The notes under the pieces are model-generated. The model made no database searches and was not told where the DNA came from. It saw only the letters and a program-made list of their open reading frames with translations. From Candidatus Blackburnbacteria bacterium (GTDB taxonomy: Bacteria; Patescibacteriota; Microgenomatia; UBA8517; UBA10165), in the NCBI GenBank assembly GCA_016183565.1, contig JACPEJ010000003.1:1-48701 (forward strand): 48,701 nt of DNA, in the 5' to 3' direction. The position numbers and the translations under genes are program-made. Positions 1-9,873 of this stretch are shown here, piece by piece. Positions within the stretch are counted from its first letter, which is position 1; each line of letters begins with the position of its first letter.

Positions 1-26
1 ATTGGACTCAATTAAAAAAACATATC

Positions 27-803
27 TTGGCTAAAATTATGAACGATAAACATCAAATTCACCTCGCAGATAGTTATGAGCATATCAAAACAATTCCCGA
101 CGGCTCGGTGGATTTGATTTTGACCGATCCGCCATACAATTTAAGCCCTTATTCTACTGGAAACATTAAGCTGTCGTGGCGTAAAGAATTAAATAATGAC
201 TTGGCAGATTGGGACAAAAAAGAATTTATTCCGCGTGATTGGGTGAAAGAGTTTAAGCGGATTTTGAAACCAACCGGAAATATTTTTGCGTTCACAAGCT
301 ATAACCTTCTCGGCAAATGGCACGAAGCATTTGACCCCGAATTTGATACTTTTCAATTTATGGTGTGGCACAAAACTAATCCTGCACCAAAAATTCGCCG
401 AGCCGGTTTTTTGAATAGTTGTGAGCTTATCGTTTGTATGTGGAATAAAAATCACACTTGGAATTTCACAAAACAAAACGAAATGCACAATTTTATTGAA
501 ACGCCAATTTGTATGGGTGTTGAGCGGATAAAAGACCCGAACCACCCAACGCAAAAACCAGTGAGAGTTTTGGAACATTGTATAAAATTAGCTTCAAGGC
601 CCGGAGATGTCGTTTTTGATCCATTTATGGGCGTTGGCTCGACGGGAGTTGCCGCGCTTAATTTAGACCGAAAATTTATCGGTGTTGAGATTGACGAAAA
701 ATATTTCAAGGCGGCGGAAAAACGACTTAATGGAAGACCGGAATCATTATTCAACGCGAATAGAAACGTTTATGACGCAAAATCTTACCAATCAAAAAGA
801 TAA
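27..803 (+). CDS. DNA methyltransferase (N6-adenine or N4-cytosine class)
   Basis: 258-aa ORF. Catalytic DPPY in LILTDPPYNL near the N-terminus and AdoMet-binding FDPFMGVGSTG near the C-terminus. Start is TTG at 27 or ATG at 39. The gene sits at the window edge, so upstream context is unseen. Confidence 0.85.
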   Translation: MAKIMNDKHQIHLADSYEHIKTIPDGSVDLILTDPPYNLSPYSTGNIKLSWRKELNNDLADWDKKEFIPRDWVKEFKRILKPTGNIFAFTSYNLLGKWHEAFDPEFDTFQFMVWHKTNPAPKIRRAGFLNSCELIVCMWNKNHTWNFTKQNEMHNFIETPICMGVERIKDPNHPTQKPVRVLEHCIKLASRPGDVVFDPFMGVGSTGVAALNLDRKFIGVEIDEKYFKAAEKRLNGRPESLFNANRNVYDAKSYQSKR

Positions 804-2454
804 ATATGGTATTGCGGAAGATGAAAGCAAAAAACACACTGACGCGATTGTAGAATCTTCTTCTCGTAAAAAAGTAGTTGTTGCTGGACCCGGTACGGGG
901 AAAACTTATCTTTTCAAGAGAATAATTGAGGGCAAGAATAACGCTCTCACTTTGACATTTGTAAATGCTCTTGTTGAAGATTTGTCGCTTGAATTGTATG
1001 GAATGTCTGACGTTAAAACCCTACATAGCTTTGCTAGAAGCACATTAGGAACTGCAACTGGAAATGTAAAGGTTTTCCCCAAACTTTCGGAAGTTGTAAA
1101 AGAGGACGCAAAAATTCTTCTCAAAAAAGAAATTGATTTTGATTTCATCTTTCATAATATGGACGATGGAAATGAAGATATAGAATTCTATAAGAAAAGG
1201 AAAAATTACTATGACAAACATTACGGATATTCAGATATTATATTTGCTTTAGTAAAATATCTTGAAGCGAACAAAGGAAAAGTGCCCGCCTTCGATCATG
1301 TACTCGTTGATGAATTTCAAGATTTTAACAAGTTAGAGATTGCCCTAATTGACCTTTTGTCCGAGAAAAGCCCGATACTTATTGCCGGAGATGACGACCA
1401 AGCTCTTTACGAGGACTTAAAAAGTGCCAGCCCAAAACATATAAGAGAAAGGTTTAGTGATAGTTGCACTGACTACAAGTCATTTTCTCTGCCACACTGT
1501 CGCCGATGTACACGAACTATTGTTGAAGCAGTAAATGATATTGTTTCCAACGCAAGCAAAAACGGAGCTGTAAAAGAGAGGATAGGCAAACGCTACGAGT
1601 ATTTTGACCACAAGGAGAAAGATGTTGAAAGCGAAAAAAATCCAAAGATTATTTACAGCCAACAATTCGCCAGAAAAATACCGTGGTTTATTGAAAAGCA
1701 ACTTGGAGAAATTGCCAATGAGATAAAAGGGAAGTTTTCTGTTCTTATTATCTCCCCCACAAAAACTCAATGCCGTTCAACTGTCGAGGGATTAAAAAAG
1801 AAGGGGTTTTCAAGTATCGAATGGAGCGATAAAAAAGACGATAAAGAACCGACATTGTTAGACGGACTAAAAATTTTACTTGATGACGAGAATAGTAATC
1901 TTGGCTGGCGTATAGTTTCTCGCTTCTATCTCACTGAAAAGGATTTTGTTGCTCTACTTACGAATAGTAATTCTGAAAACCCAAAACGCTTTTCTGAAAT
2001 GATAGATTCTTCAAAAAAGAAAGAGGTTGAAAGTGCACTAAAAATTTTGCGTTCTGTAAAAAATGGGAAAAAGATAAAAGAAGAAAAACTTGACGAAGTT
2101 TTGAGAAAGGTTGGTTTCAATCCTTACGACATAGCAAAAGAAAACTTGAAAGAGGAGATTGAGTTTGGCTCACAGCGTGTTGGAAATCCTGGTTTGAGAA
2201 AAACACAAATTAAAGCCACAACGATAGAAAGCTCAAAAGGACTTGCCGCCGATTATGTATTTATAACCTATTTTGACGACAGATATTTCATAAAGGATAA
2301 AGACAAAACAAAAATTACCGACAAGGACATTTGCAAATTTTTAGTCGCGCTGACACGGGCTAGGCGTAAAGTGTTTTTGATCTCGTCGGATGATAAGAAA
2401 AAACCAACCTTTCTCAATTGGATAAATAGCGATAGAATAGAGGAAGTTAGCTAA
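772..2454 (+). CDS. UvrD-like superfamily 1 helicase/ATPase
   Basis: Walker A VVVAGPGTGKT, Walker B-type VLVDEFQD, and a C-terminal UvrD_C-like TIESSKGLAADYVFITY. ATG 772 was chosen, overlapping the methylase by 32 nt; the ORF is open from 682. Confidence 0.7.
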   Translation: MTQNLTNQKDKYGIAEDESKKHTDAIVESSSRKKVVVAGPGTGKTYLFKRIIEGKNNALTLTFVNALVEDLSLELYGMSDVKTLHSFARSTLGTATGNVKVFPKLSEVVKEDAKILLKKEIDFDFIFHNMDDGNEDIEFYKKRKNYYDKHYGYSDIIFALVKYLEANKGKVPAFDHVLVDEFQDFNKLEIALIDLLSEKSPILIAGDDDQALYEDLKSASPKHIRERFSDSCTDYKSFSLPHCRRCTRTIVEAVNDIVSNASKNGAVKERIGKRYEYFDHKEKDVESEKNPKIIYSQQFARKIPWFIEKQLGEIANEIKGKFSVLIISPTKTQCRSTVEGLKKKGFSSIEWSDKKDDKEPTLLDGLKILLDDENSNLGWRIVSRFYLTEKDFVALLTNSNSENPKRFSEMIDSSKKKEVESALKILRSVKNGKKIKEEKLDEVLRKVGFNPYDIAKENLKEEIEFGSQRVGNPGLRKTQIKATTIESSKGLAADYVFITYFDDRYFIKDKDKTKITDKDICKFLVALTRARRKVFLISSDDKKKPTFLNWINSDRIEEVS

Positions 2455-2456
2455 AT

Positions 2457-2760
2457 TTGTCCGCCGAAAAAATTGGCCGTCCAAGCGAGGGCGCGGCGGA
2501 AGGGGGGTGTGGGGGGAATTCCGCCGCGCCCGAGCCGAAGCGAAGCCCCGCCGCCTGTTCTGTTAAGAGCAGAAGCCAGCAAAAAAGTTTTCTTTACCTT
2601 TTAGAAGAAAAAGGGGGTGGCGCGCGAAAATCAAAAATTGAGAAGAAAACTTTTTTGCTGGCTGGCGAGCGTCAGCGAGCGGCGGCGGGGCGGAGCGTCA
2701 GTTTCGCTCAAAATAGGTTCGGATTTGGTAGAATAAACGCACCAAGACAAAACTAGACGG
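2457..2760. repeat. GC-rich nested-palindrome element
   Basis: Abrupt GC spike in AT-rich DNA. Exact 20-bp inverted repeat 2575-2594/2643-2662 and 10-bp inverted repeat 2546-2555/2681-2690. The 20-mer gaattccgccgcgcccgagc (2516-2535) recurs inverted at 41449-41468. The 99-aa ORF here is judged spurious. Confidence 0.55.
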
Positions 2761-2778
2761 CTTTTTGAGAGCCATTTG

Positions 2779-2803
2779 GTGGGCGGCCGCAACGGCCGCC
2801 CAC
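2779..2803 (+). terminator. GC hairpin gtgggcggccgc-a-acggccgcccac, possible terminator
   Basis: Near-perfect 12-bp stem followed by tgatttt. It lies 325 nt downstream of the helicase stop, so the assignment is weak. Confidence 0.35.
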
Positions 2804-3075
2804 TGATTTTGCCCCGATGAATCCTCTTTTCTCTCACTATCGGCGCTTGCGCTGCTGGTGGTTGTTGAGACGGAAGAGGAAATAACCACCTACGAGAACA
2901 ACCGCGATGATAACAATAATTATAACCTAAATGGGCATTTTATACAGGACTTGCATTAGGATATAATGATACGCTAATATCTCTATATGACTGATTTATG
3001 CGAGGCAATGAAAGGGTTCGGCAAAGGCATACAACTCGTTTTCATAATCAATATTAAAATAAATAATTCAAATCT

Positions 3076-3663
3076 ATGGCAAACAACGCAAAATTAAATA
3101 TAAAAGTTATTGTCGGCAGTACTCGCGAAGCCCGTTTTAGCGATAAAGCGGCCGCGTGGATTACCCAGGAAATCAGGAAACAAAAAGAGGTTGGGGCTGA
3201 AATACTGGATCTGCGCGATTACGATATGCCGTTTTATAATGAACCGGTAAGTCCGTCATACAAACAGGAACCGTTCAAAAACGAAGCAGTTTCCCGTTTT
3301 ACCAAGAAAATCGGCGAAGGAGATGCTTTTGTCGTTGTTACCCCGGAATATAATCACGGAACATCGGGCGTACTGAAAAATGCAATGGACTGGGTATATC
3401 CAGAATGGAATAATAAACCGGTTGCCTTTGTGAGCTACGGCAGTGTCGGAGGGGCAAGAGCGGTGGAGCAACTCCGCTTGAACGCCATTGAGCTTCAAAT
3501 GGCGCCAATTCGACAAGCTGTTCATATTCCACAACATTGGACTTTATTAGACGAGAAGGGAAATTTGAAAAAGGGCACGCTCGGATCATTTACTGAAAGC
3601 GCCGAAGCCATGCTGACTCAGCTTATTTGGTGGACGAAAGCATTGAAAAACGCTCGAAAATAA
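3076..3663 (+). CDS. NAD(P)H-dependent FMN reductase family oxidoreductase
   Basis: 195 aa. Flavodoxin-like IKVIVGSTREARFS and VVVTPEYNHGTSGVLKNAMDW motifs typical of the family. Confidence 0.85.
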   Translation: MANNAKLNIKVIVGSTREARFSDKAAAWITQEIRKQKEVGAEILDLRDYDMPFYNEPVSPSYKQEPFKNEAVSRFTKKIGEGDAFVVVTPEYNHGTSGVLKNAMDWVYPEWNNKPVAFVSYGSVGGARAVEQLRLNAIELQMAPIRQAVHIPQHWTLLDEKGNLKKGTLGSFTESAEAMLTQLIWWTKALKNARK

Positions 3664-3734
3664 AAATCCTTGCAAAATTTTCTTCTTCCTTAATTGAAAA
3701 AGAAAGTGGTTGTATAAATACACCTAGAGAAAAG

Positions 3735-4277
3735 TTATCCTAACAGCTCCTTTAACTTAGAAGCTTTATCTATAAGATTCGGAGGGATTCGATCCAGCAT
3801 CACCTGTTTCTCGGCATCATCGAGCGCAAATTCGTCATTCCATAGAGCATCTTCTCTAGAAACAGTTTTTACAATTCCACTACTTAAAACCTGTCTATAT
3901 CCATCAGAAGTTTTATCTAAAATCAGAACATTTAAAAGAGAGATCCTAGCCGCAAAATCTTTAACTGGATCTTCTCCACGCAACAGGCTCCTTACTAAAG
4001 CTCCTGGAACAAAATCAATTGCAAGCTGCCCAATCTCTACCCAGCAATGTTCAGCCATTCCTTGCTCATTAAGTTTTACTGCGATGACGGGCTTTATACC
4101 CGAGCTTTCCAACGCCTTATAAGCTGCAACTGAATATTGCCTACAAGTGGGATTCCTAGAACTCTTCTTGACCCACTGTTTAACGTCAAGAGCAAATTCG
4201 GTCACTTCGGGTGGAAGAAATGCCTTGTCGGAATCATGTGTTATTTGTATTTCTTGTTGGTCACGAAGTTCAGTCAC
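3735..4277 (-). CDS. hypothetical protein
   Basis: 180-aa ORF with no motif I recognise. It fills the gap between flanking genes. Confidence 0.45.
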   Translation of the reverse strand: MTELRDQQEIQITHDSDKAFLPPEVTEFALDVKQWVKKSSRNPTCRQYSVAAYKALESSGIKPVIAVKLNEQGMAEHCWVEIGQLAIDFVPGALVRSLLRGEDPVKDFAARISLLNVLILDKTSDGYRQVLSSGIVKTVSREDALWNDEFALDDAEKQVMLDRIPPNLIDKASKLKELLG

Positions 4278-4317
4278 GGTATTTAGTTTAACCTAACCAT
4301 GCAATAAATACTTTGCT

Positions 4318-4851
4318 TCATTGGCAGATGGTAATGTTTTTTTCTACCTTAAACTCAACCTCTTCTGTGAACTTTGGAATTTTGACTATGTGGTAAGGAG
4401 CTGTGAGCATTTGTACTGTGAAGCAATTTGCACCTGGAGAAGTTTCTGTAACCGAAACCTCCAAGTTTCCATCCTTCTGCCAAACCTCGGAGACCTCAAT
4501 ACCATACCCACCTGTGTTTTTCTTACCTTGAAAAACTGCTATGACTGTTTCTTTTGAGAAATCTACACGAACTTCAGGGTCTTCTGGTTGTGTTTCGATA
4601 ATCTTCTGCCATTCTTTACTGCTATTTATCACATAGTTTTTACGAGTACTCTGTTTACTGTTACTACCTTTGCCTATCTCCTCAAACTGGATTTTTTTGT
4701 TCTCATTCGGTTTTGGCGTAGGAGTTTGAGACACAGCATCATTTGTCTGGAATTCCGGTTTGCGGTTTGGTGCAAAGGCCGCAAAAGCAGTTATGGTGCC
4801 TAATAAAATTCCTAAGATCAGAAGTGTAATAGGTAATGTTTTAAATGCCAT
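4318..4851 (-). CDS. secreted PrcB_C-like domain protein
   Basis: ATG at 4851 gives the signal/TM segment MAFKTLPITLLILGILLGTITAFA. The C-terminal FQGKKNTGGYGIEVSEV pattern resembles the PrcB C-terminal domain. The longer ORF to 4941 would overlap dnaB. Confidence 0.55.
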   Translation of the reverse strand: MAFKTLPITLLILGILLGTITAFAAFAPNRKPEFQTNDAVSQTPTPKPNENKKIQFEEIGKGSNSKQSTRKNYVINSSKEWQKIIETQPEDPEVRVDFSKETVIAVFQGKKNTGGYGIEVSEVWQKDGNLEVSVTETSPGANCFTVQMLTAPYHIVKIPKFTEEVEFKVEKNITICQ

Positions 4852-4897
4852 ACGAATATTTATTCTATCGCAGATTGAAGCAAAATTCCTATTTTGA

Positions 4898-6235
4898 TTA
4901 TACTGTACTACTTCCCTCTGCCCTCTTAGTTTCCTTCTCAAAAAATCGAATTCTATCGCCTTTGAAGAAAAGTTTCATTTGTCTCAAAGGGCCGTTCCTG
5001 TGTTTTGCGATATCCAAAATATAGTTTTCGGTATTTTCTGCATCTTCGCGCCACAAAAACATAACAACATCCGCATCTTGTTCAATTGCTCCAGACTCGC
5101 GAAGGTCGGCAAGCTGTGGCTTTCCAGATCCCCTGTGTTCAACTGCGCGTGAAAGTTGTGAGATCGCAATAATAGGAATCTTAAGCTCACGGGCAAGGTT
5201 TTTTAAGCCTTGGGAGATCTCGGAAACTTCTTGCACTCTGTTTTCTAGATTTCGGCCGCGGACAAGTTGCAGATAGTCAACAACCAGTAAGTCCAGGCCA
5301 TGGTCAACTTGAAGTCTTCTTGCTTTTGTCCTCATCTCGAGAATCGAAAGGGCTGGTGTGTCATCTATGTATAAAGGCGCTTCTGCAAGTTCTCCCATTG
5401 CGTCAGACAATTTTGTAAAATCTGCCTCCGTTAGCTTTCCAGTCTTAAGTCGCCATGCATCAATATCCGCTTGAGAAATAAGAAGTCTGTCAACAAGCTC
5501 CTCTTTGCTCATCTCAAGCGAGAAAATTCCGACAGGCCTCTTCGCTTTGTTGGCAATAAATTGCGCGACGTTTAAGGCAAGTGCGGTTTTCCCTACTCCG
5601 GGGCGAGCAGCTAATATTAAAAGATTTGATTTTTGGAAACCAGCTAGAGCGTCGTCGAGCGAGTGAAAACCTGAGGGCACACCTCGTAGACCTCCTGCTT
5701 GCTTGTGGAGTTCATCTAAACGATCAAAAGACTCAACAAGAGTTGCCCGAACAGGAGTAAAGGCGTTGGCGAGGTGTTGCTGGGTTAAAGCGAAAACTTC
5801 GGATTCTGCTTTGTCCAAAAGTTCGTCTGCTCCCAATCCTTCGTCGACTGACAATTCAACAAGTCTGGCTGCGGCTTGCATCAGGGCTCTTTTTATTGCT
5901 GCTTCTTTAACTATCTTTCCGTAGTGTTCAACGTGCGCAGCAGTAGGTACTCTATTAACAAGATCTGCAAGATATGAAACTCCGCCGATTTCAGTCAGCC
6001 TTTTTTTTCTTTTCAGTCTTTCTGAGACTGTTAAAACATCAATAGGTTCCCGAGCTTCGTACAAATCAACCATTACTTCATAAATTGAAGCATTCTTAAC
6101 ATCATAGAAGTGCTCGGAGCGCAGGAATTCGGCAACATTAACAATGGCATTTTTATCGAGAAGAAGAGCTCCAAGGACGGAGATTTCAGCGTCTATTGAA
6201 TGAGGTGGTATTCTGATGTGAATGTTGGCTGGCAT
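4898..6235 (-). CDS. dnaB: replicative DNA helicase DnaB
   Basis: 445 aa. N-terminal PPHSIDAEISVLGALLLD, Walker A ARPGVGKTALALN, and LVVDYLQL and SQLSRAVE motifs. Confidence 0.95.
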   Translation of the reverse strand: MPANIHIRIPPHSIDAEISVLGALLLDKNAIVNVAEFLRSEHFYDVKNASIYEVMVDLYEAREPIDVLTVSERLKRKKRLTEIGGVSYLADLVNRVPTAAHVEHYGKIVKEAAIKRALMQAAARLVELSVDEGLGADELLDKAESEVFALTQQHLANAFTPVRATLVESFDRLDELHKQAGGLRGVPSGFHSLDDALAGFQKSNLLILAARPGVGKTALALNVAQFIANKAKRPVGIFSLEMSKEELVDRLLISQADIDAWRLKTGKLTEADFTKLSDAMGELAEAPLYIDDTPALSILEMRTKARRLQVDHGLDLLVVDYLQLVRGRNLENRVQEVSEISQGLKNLARELKIPIIAISQLSRAVEHRGSGKPQLADLRESGAIEQDADVVMFLWREDAENTENYILDIAKHRNGPLRQMKLFFKGDRIRFFEKETKRAEGSSTV

Positions 6236-6412
6236 AGCATGGGGGCAGAGGGAAAGTAATTTCTAATTTTTAATTCTTAATTTTTACTCAATTTTTAATA
6301 CTAAATGTCTAAATTTTTAAACAAGAACTACTAAGCTTAATCTCTATTTTAATCATTTTATTCATTTAATATTGATTAAAAATTTGAAATTTCAAATTAA
6401 AAATTACCTGTT

Positions 6413-7063
6413 TTATGCCCTGCGTTCAAGAACAACCACTTGTCGCTCTTCTGGCAGTTTATCCAAGCTTACTGTGTACTTGTCAAGGCGCAAGGGTTCA
6501 ACCCCTGTTTCTTTTATAAAATCATCAATACCTGAAAGTTCTGAGAATGTTGCAGGATTCAGGCCTGGAACTTTGTAGTGCATTGGTATAACAACCTTCG
6601 GTTCAATTGCAGAAACAATTTCCACAGCTTTAGCAGGTCCTATTGTGTAGACATCACCGACTGGAATAAAGAGAATGTCGATAGTGCCTATTTCGCTTAT
6701 TTGTTCGGAGGAAAGTTTGTGCCCCAAATCTCCTAAATGACAGAGCTTGATCCCGTCTATGGTTATAGCATAGATAGTGTTGGCTCCGCGCTCTTTACCG
6801 TTTTGATTATCATGGTATGAGTGGATCCCAAAAATAGAAATTTCTTTTATTTCATACTCACCCGGTCCATCAACAACTTTTGGGTTGCCTTCTACTCCTT
6901 TCAAGTTGTTGTGGTCTTTGTGGTCGTGGGAAATTGTAACAATATCAGCTTCAACTTTGGGGAATTTTAATCCAACCATATCAGGAGAAAACGGGTCAGT
7001 AACTAAAGAAGCATCTTTACCTTTAATTCTAAAAGAAGAGTGTCCAAGCCATACAATATCCAT
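6413..7063 (-). CDS. MBL-fold metallo-hydrolase (UPF0173-like)
   Basis: 216 aa. Starts MDIVWLGHSSFRIKG and has an ISHDHKDH metal-binding motif. Confidence 0.85.
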   Translation of the reverse strand: MDIVWLGHSSFRIKGKDASLVTDPFSPDMVGLKFPKVEADIVTISHDHKDHNNLKGVEGNPKVVDGPGEYEIKEISIFGIHSYHDNQNGKERGANTIYAITIDGIKLCHLGDLGHKLSSEQISEIGTIDILFIPVGDVYTIGPAKAVEIVSAIEPKVVIPMHYKVPGLNPATFSELSGIDDFIKETGVEPLRLDKYTVSLDKLPEERQVVVLERRA

Positions 7064-7230
7064 CGCACTGGCATTTTAACACCTCTATACAAGGCTTAAC
7101 AAGGAGGGTTTTATGTGCGACAAGTTTTACTCGATGACGTAGACGTAATTTTGTGTCAAACTAAAGGTGTAGCTTTGGTTCCACCTCTAAGGTGGAATAC
7201 GTTGGCACCTCCGGTATTTTGCAGTCGCAT

Positions 7231-7259
7231 TTGACTTTGATATAGCGGTGGGCTATAGT
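7231..7259 (+). promoter_or_regulatory. sigma70-like promoter
   Basis: TTGACT (7231-7236), 17-nt spacer, TATAGT (7254-7259). It ends 9 nt upstream of the ATG at 7268. Confidence 0.4.
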
Positions 7260-7267
7260 AGCGACGA

Positions 7268-7711
7268 ATGCGAAAAGAATTACTTTTTGCAATATTGATA
7301 GGTGTGATTATTGGCCTTGCTATTGCCTTTGGGATTTGGCGCGCAAACAAGGCATTCTTGCCTCAGCGCTCAAAAGAGGCAGTTCAAATACCTTCTATTT
7401 CTCCAGAGCAACAAGAGGAAAAGATAAAAACTAGCCAACTTGTTATAACAGCCCCTGAAAATAATCTTGTAGTTTCAACAGAGAGGGTAACGGTTGAGGG
7501 TACAGCCATACCGGGTTCTAGTGTTGTGATAACTGCAAACGCAGGAGAGTTAATAGCGGAAACTCAAGCAGATGGAAGTTTTAAAGAAGAGATAGAACTT
7601 CTAGGTGGAGCAAACGAAGTAAAAGTAGCTGCATACGATAAGGATGGAAATAAATCAGAACAAACAGTTACAGTAGTTTACTCAACAGAGTTTGGAGGAG
7701 AAGAACAATGA
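7268..7711 (+). CDS. membrane-anchored Ig-like/beta-rich protein
   Basis: 147 aa. N-terminal TM segment LLFAILIGVIIGLAIAFGIW followed by a beta-rich ectodomain. Overlaps the next gene by 4 nt (ATGA). Confidence 0.6.
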   Translation: MRKELLFAILIGVIIGLAIAFGIWRANKAFLPQRSKEAVQIPSISPEQQEEKIKTSQLVITAPENNLVVSTERVTVEGTAIPGSSVVITANAGELIAETQADGSFKEEIELLGGANEVKVAAYDKDGNKSEQTVTVVYSTEFGGEEQ

Positions 7712-8481
7712 AAAGTTCAAAATTCAAAATGCAAAAGTCAAAATTACAATTTGTATTTTTCATCTTGTTTTTTGCTTTTGCCGCTGTGCCAGTATTTGCA
7801 CAAGAAGAGGCCAGTTCTGCTACTTCTTCTGTACGTGATCTGGTTCGGGAGCGTGTTAAGGCAAAAATTGATAATTTAACGCAAAAACCAATGGCACTTG
7901 TGGGAACTTTAGAACAAGTTGCAGATTCTACGCTTGAGATAAAAGATAACAGCGGGAAAGTGTTGCTTGCTTCAACTTCTAAGGACATGCTCTACTACAG
8001 AGTAACAGATGGGAAGAAAAAGGAAATTAAATTTGACGAACTTGTGATAGGAGAATTTGTAGTTGCGATGGGTTATCGAAATGGCAAGGATGTCTTGGAT
8101 GCAAAACGCGTAATTGTATATGACAAGAAACCAACACAAAACAAAGAATCAGCATACGGCATTGTCACAAACAATTCCAAAGGCATCGTAACTATTAAAC
8201 ATCCTAAAGCTGGTGATGTTTGGACTATAAAAACAGCTCGGAAAACAATTATAACGGGCAAGGTGGGAGAGAAAATGGAAGAGATTGATATTGAGGAGGT
8301 AAATGAAGGTGACCGGATAGTTGCTGTGGGTACAAGGGATGCTAAAACCCAAGATACTTTGAATGCAACAAGAGTTCATGTTATACCAGGGAATGCGCAG
8401 GGTTTAACCAAAAAAGAAAAACCATCCCCTACTCCGACTAAAAAACCCACACCCACACCGACTACAACTACAACGGAGTAA
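7708..8481 (+). CDS. secreted hypothetical protein with Pro/Thr-rich tail
   Basis: 257 aa. Signal peptide FVFFILFFAFAAVPVFA and C-terminal PSPTPTKKPTPTPTTTTT tail. Confidence 0.6.
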   Translation: MKSSKFKMQKSKLQFVFFILFFAFAAVPVFAQEEASSATSSVRDLVRERVKAKIDNLTQKPMALVGTLEQVADSTLEIKDNSGKVLLASTSKDMLYYRVTDGKKKEIKFDELVIGEFVVAMGYRNGKDVLDAKRVIVYDKKPTQNKESAYGIVTNNSKGIVTIKHPKAGDVWTIKTARKTIITGKVGEKMEEIDIEEVNEGDRIVAVGTRDAKTQDTLNATRVHVIPGNAQGLTKKEKPSPTPTKKPTPTPTTTTTE

Positions 8482-8529
8482 TACAAAAATTTGCTTCACG
8501 CGTCAAACTAGCGTACAATACCTTGCACG

Positions 8530-8870
8530 CTCATTAAACCCAGTTTTGTTCTAAGGAGGATGCGATGGTTGCGGTTCGCTCTGGTAGAGTGGATGACCCT
8601 GTGTGCGACCTTCCAGTAGGCTCTCTCCTCAACCTCCGGGTGTACATCGGGGACAGCCTGATGGAGGCGGTAGTAGTTCTGGAGGAAATCCAGGGTCCGG
8701 GAGCAGCACGTGTCTGTGTGAAGAGTATCGAGCGGATGCCCTGCCACGATATCGCAAGGCCGGGCACAATCCTACAGGTGCCTCTTCACACACTCCACAT
8801 TCGCCCATAGCCTGCTAGCACCGGATCGGGTAAGATCAATTTTATCAATAAACACCCGATCTGGTGCCCC
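8530..8870. other. GC-rich orphan segment, possibly a remnant of foreign DNA
   Basis: Visibly GC-rich, with short overlapping ORFs in several frames (77-81 aa) and none recognisable. Ends with the inverted repeat caccggatcgggt...acccgatctggtg. Confidence 0.35.
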
Positions 8871-8889
8871 ACTCTTTCGAGGTGTTTTC

Positions 8890-8919
8890 TTGACTTTTGG
8901 ATTATTGTTTTGGTAAACT
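8890..8919 (+). promoter_or_regulatory. possible promoter of the his leader
   Basis: TTGACT (8890-8895), 18-nt spacer, TAAACT (8914-8919). Confidence 0.35.
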
Positions 8920-8925
8920 CGTATC

Positions 8926-9125
8926 TAATCGAATAAAAGCGTTCCCAGATGTTACGTAGGGAAGAAGCGGAGTCACGATCCGTTAGCTGAGAGCCAAAAT
9001 GCTCTACGGAGGCTTAACCGTTAAACCAAGCAGCTGATGTCGCTTAGGCGGAGCCAGCACTGAGGGCTACGTTTATTAAAACTGAACGTAGAATAAGGAT
9101 GGGACCGCGGGGGGTCCTTTTTTTG
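8926..9125 (+). promoter_or_regulatory. T-box-like leader (probable tRNA-His sensing)
   Basis: AATAAGGATGGGACCGCGG at 9092-9110 matches the consensus AAnnnGGGUGGnACCGCG. The variable base of UGGN is G, the complement of a C73 discriminator. A 7-bp stem III-like hairpin sits at 9067-9091, and GGACC/GGTCC plus a T-run at 9102-9125. CAC triplets at 8974 and 9058 are specifier candidates. I could not fold Stem I confidently. Confidence 0.62.
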
Positions 9126-9135
9126 TTTAGAAAAA

Positions 9136-9196
9136 CCTCTCGTTCCTTGCTTATCATTGCTGCCTTGATGGTAAGTGAAGAATGAGGGGTTTTTTT
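9136..9196 (+). terminator. second, long hairpin plus U7 directly before the hisG RBS
   Basis: Arms 9136-9156/9169-9189 pair at 20 of 21 positions. Five of these are G-U pairs that only work on the + strand. T7 follows at 9190-9196. Confidence 0.55.
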
Positions 9197-9204
9197 AGGA
9201 ATAT

Positions 9205-9873
9205 ATGGGCAATTCAGATAATAAGAGCGTTAAAATAGCAATCCAGAAAGATGGGAGATTGACTCAAGATACTGTCTCTCTTTTGCGGGCTGCTGGTTTA
9301 AGTTTTGAGAATTACAACAGAAAACTGTTTGTAAAATGTCGAAATTATCCGGCTGAGGTGCTTTATGTAAGAGATGATGATATCCCCTACTATGTTGCTT
9401 CAGGAATCGCTGATTTGGGTATAGTTGGCCAGAATGTTTTAAGAGAAAGTGGGTTTAGGGTTAATACTTTATTAGATTTGGGTTTTTGTAGATGTTCGCT
9501 TGTTATCGCGGTCCCCCAGAATTCTAATATTAGCAGAGCTTCTGACTTAAGGAATTCGACAATTGCTACATCTTATCCAAATAGCGCTAAAGAGTACTTC
9601 AAGGAAAATAAAATACCAATAAAAATAGTCAATATTAAGGGCGCGGTTGAAATTGCGCCAAGTTTGGGGTTCGCGCATGCAATTGTAGATATAGTAGCAA
9701 CAGGTAAAACTCTTGTCTTAAATAATTTGCGTATTCTACAAAAGATTTCCGATTCTCAAGCGCTTCTTATTACTCCCAACGAAGTTACTAGCAAAGAAAA
9801 AGCCAAGATCATTGACGATTTGAAAGTAAAGATTAGCGAAGTTTTAGGGGGAAAGGATTACGAATATTTATGA
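9205..9873 (+). CDS. hisG: ATP phosphoribosyltransferase, short form
   Basis: 222 aa. Motifs ADLGIVGQNVL and DIVATGKTL. There is no C-terminal regulatory domain (the long form is about 290-300 aa). Confidence 0.9.
   Translation: MGNSDNKSVKIAIQKDGRLTQDTVSLLRAAGLSFENYNRKLFVKCRNYPAEVLYVRDDDIPYYVASGIADLGIVGQNVLRESGFRVNTLLDLGFCRCSLVIAVPQNSNISRASDLRNSTIATSYPNSAKEYFKENKIPIKIVNIKGAVEIAPSLGFAHAIVDIVATGKTLVLNNLRILQKISDSQALLITPNEVTSKEKAKIIDDLKVKISEVLGGKDYEYL

Noticed and set aside
2457-2889. The 99-aa ORF (2457-2756) and the minus-strand ORFs across the GC-rich palindromic element. Also a minus-strand mini-ORF near 2826-2935 encoding a hydrophobic peptide (VIIIVIIAVVLVGGYFLF...) that resembles a type I toxin.
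   Set aside because: The ORFs follow the palindrome arms and have low-complexity Ala/Gly/Arg content. The hydrophobic peptide has no usable start codon: ATG is followed by an in-frame TAG after three codons.
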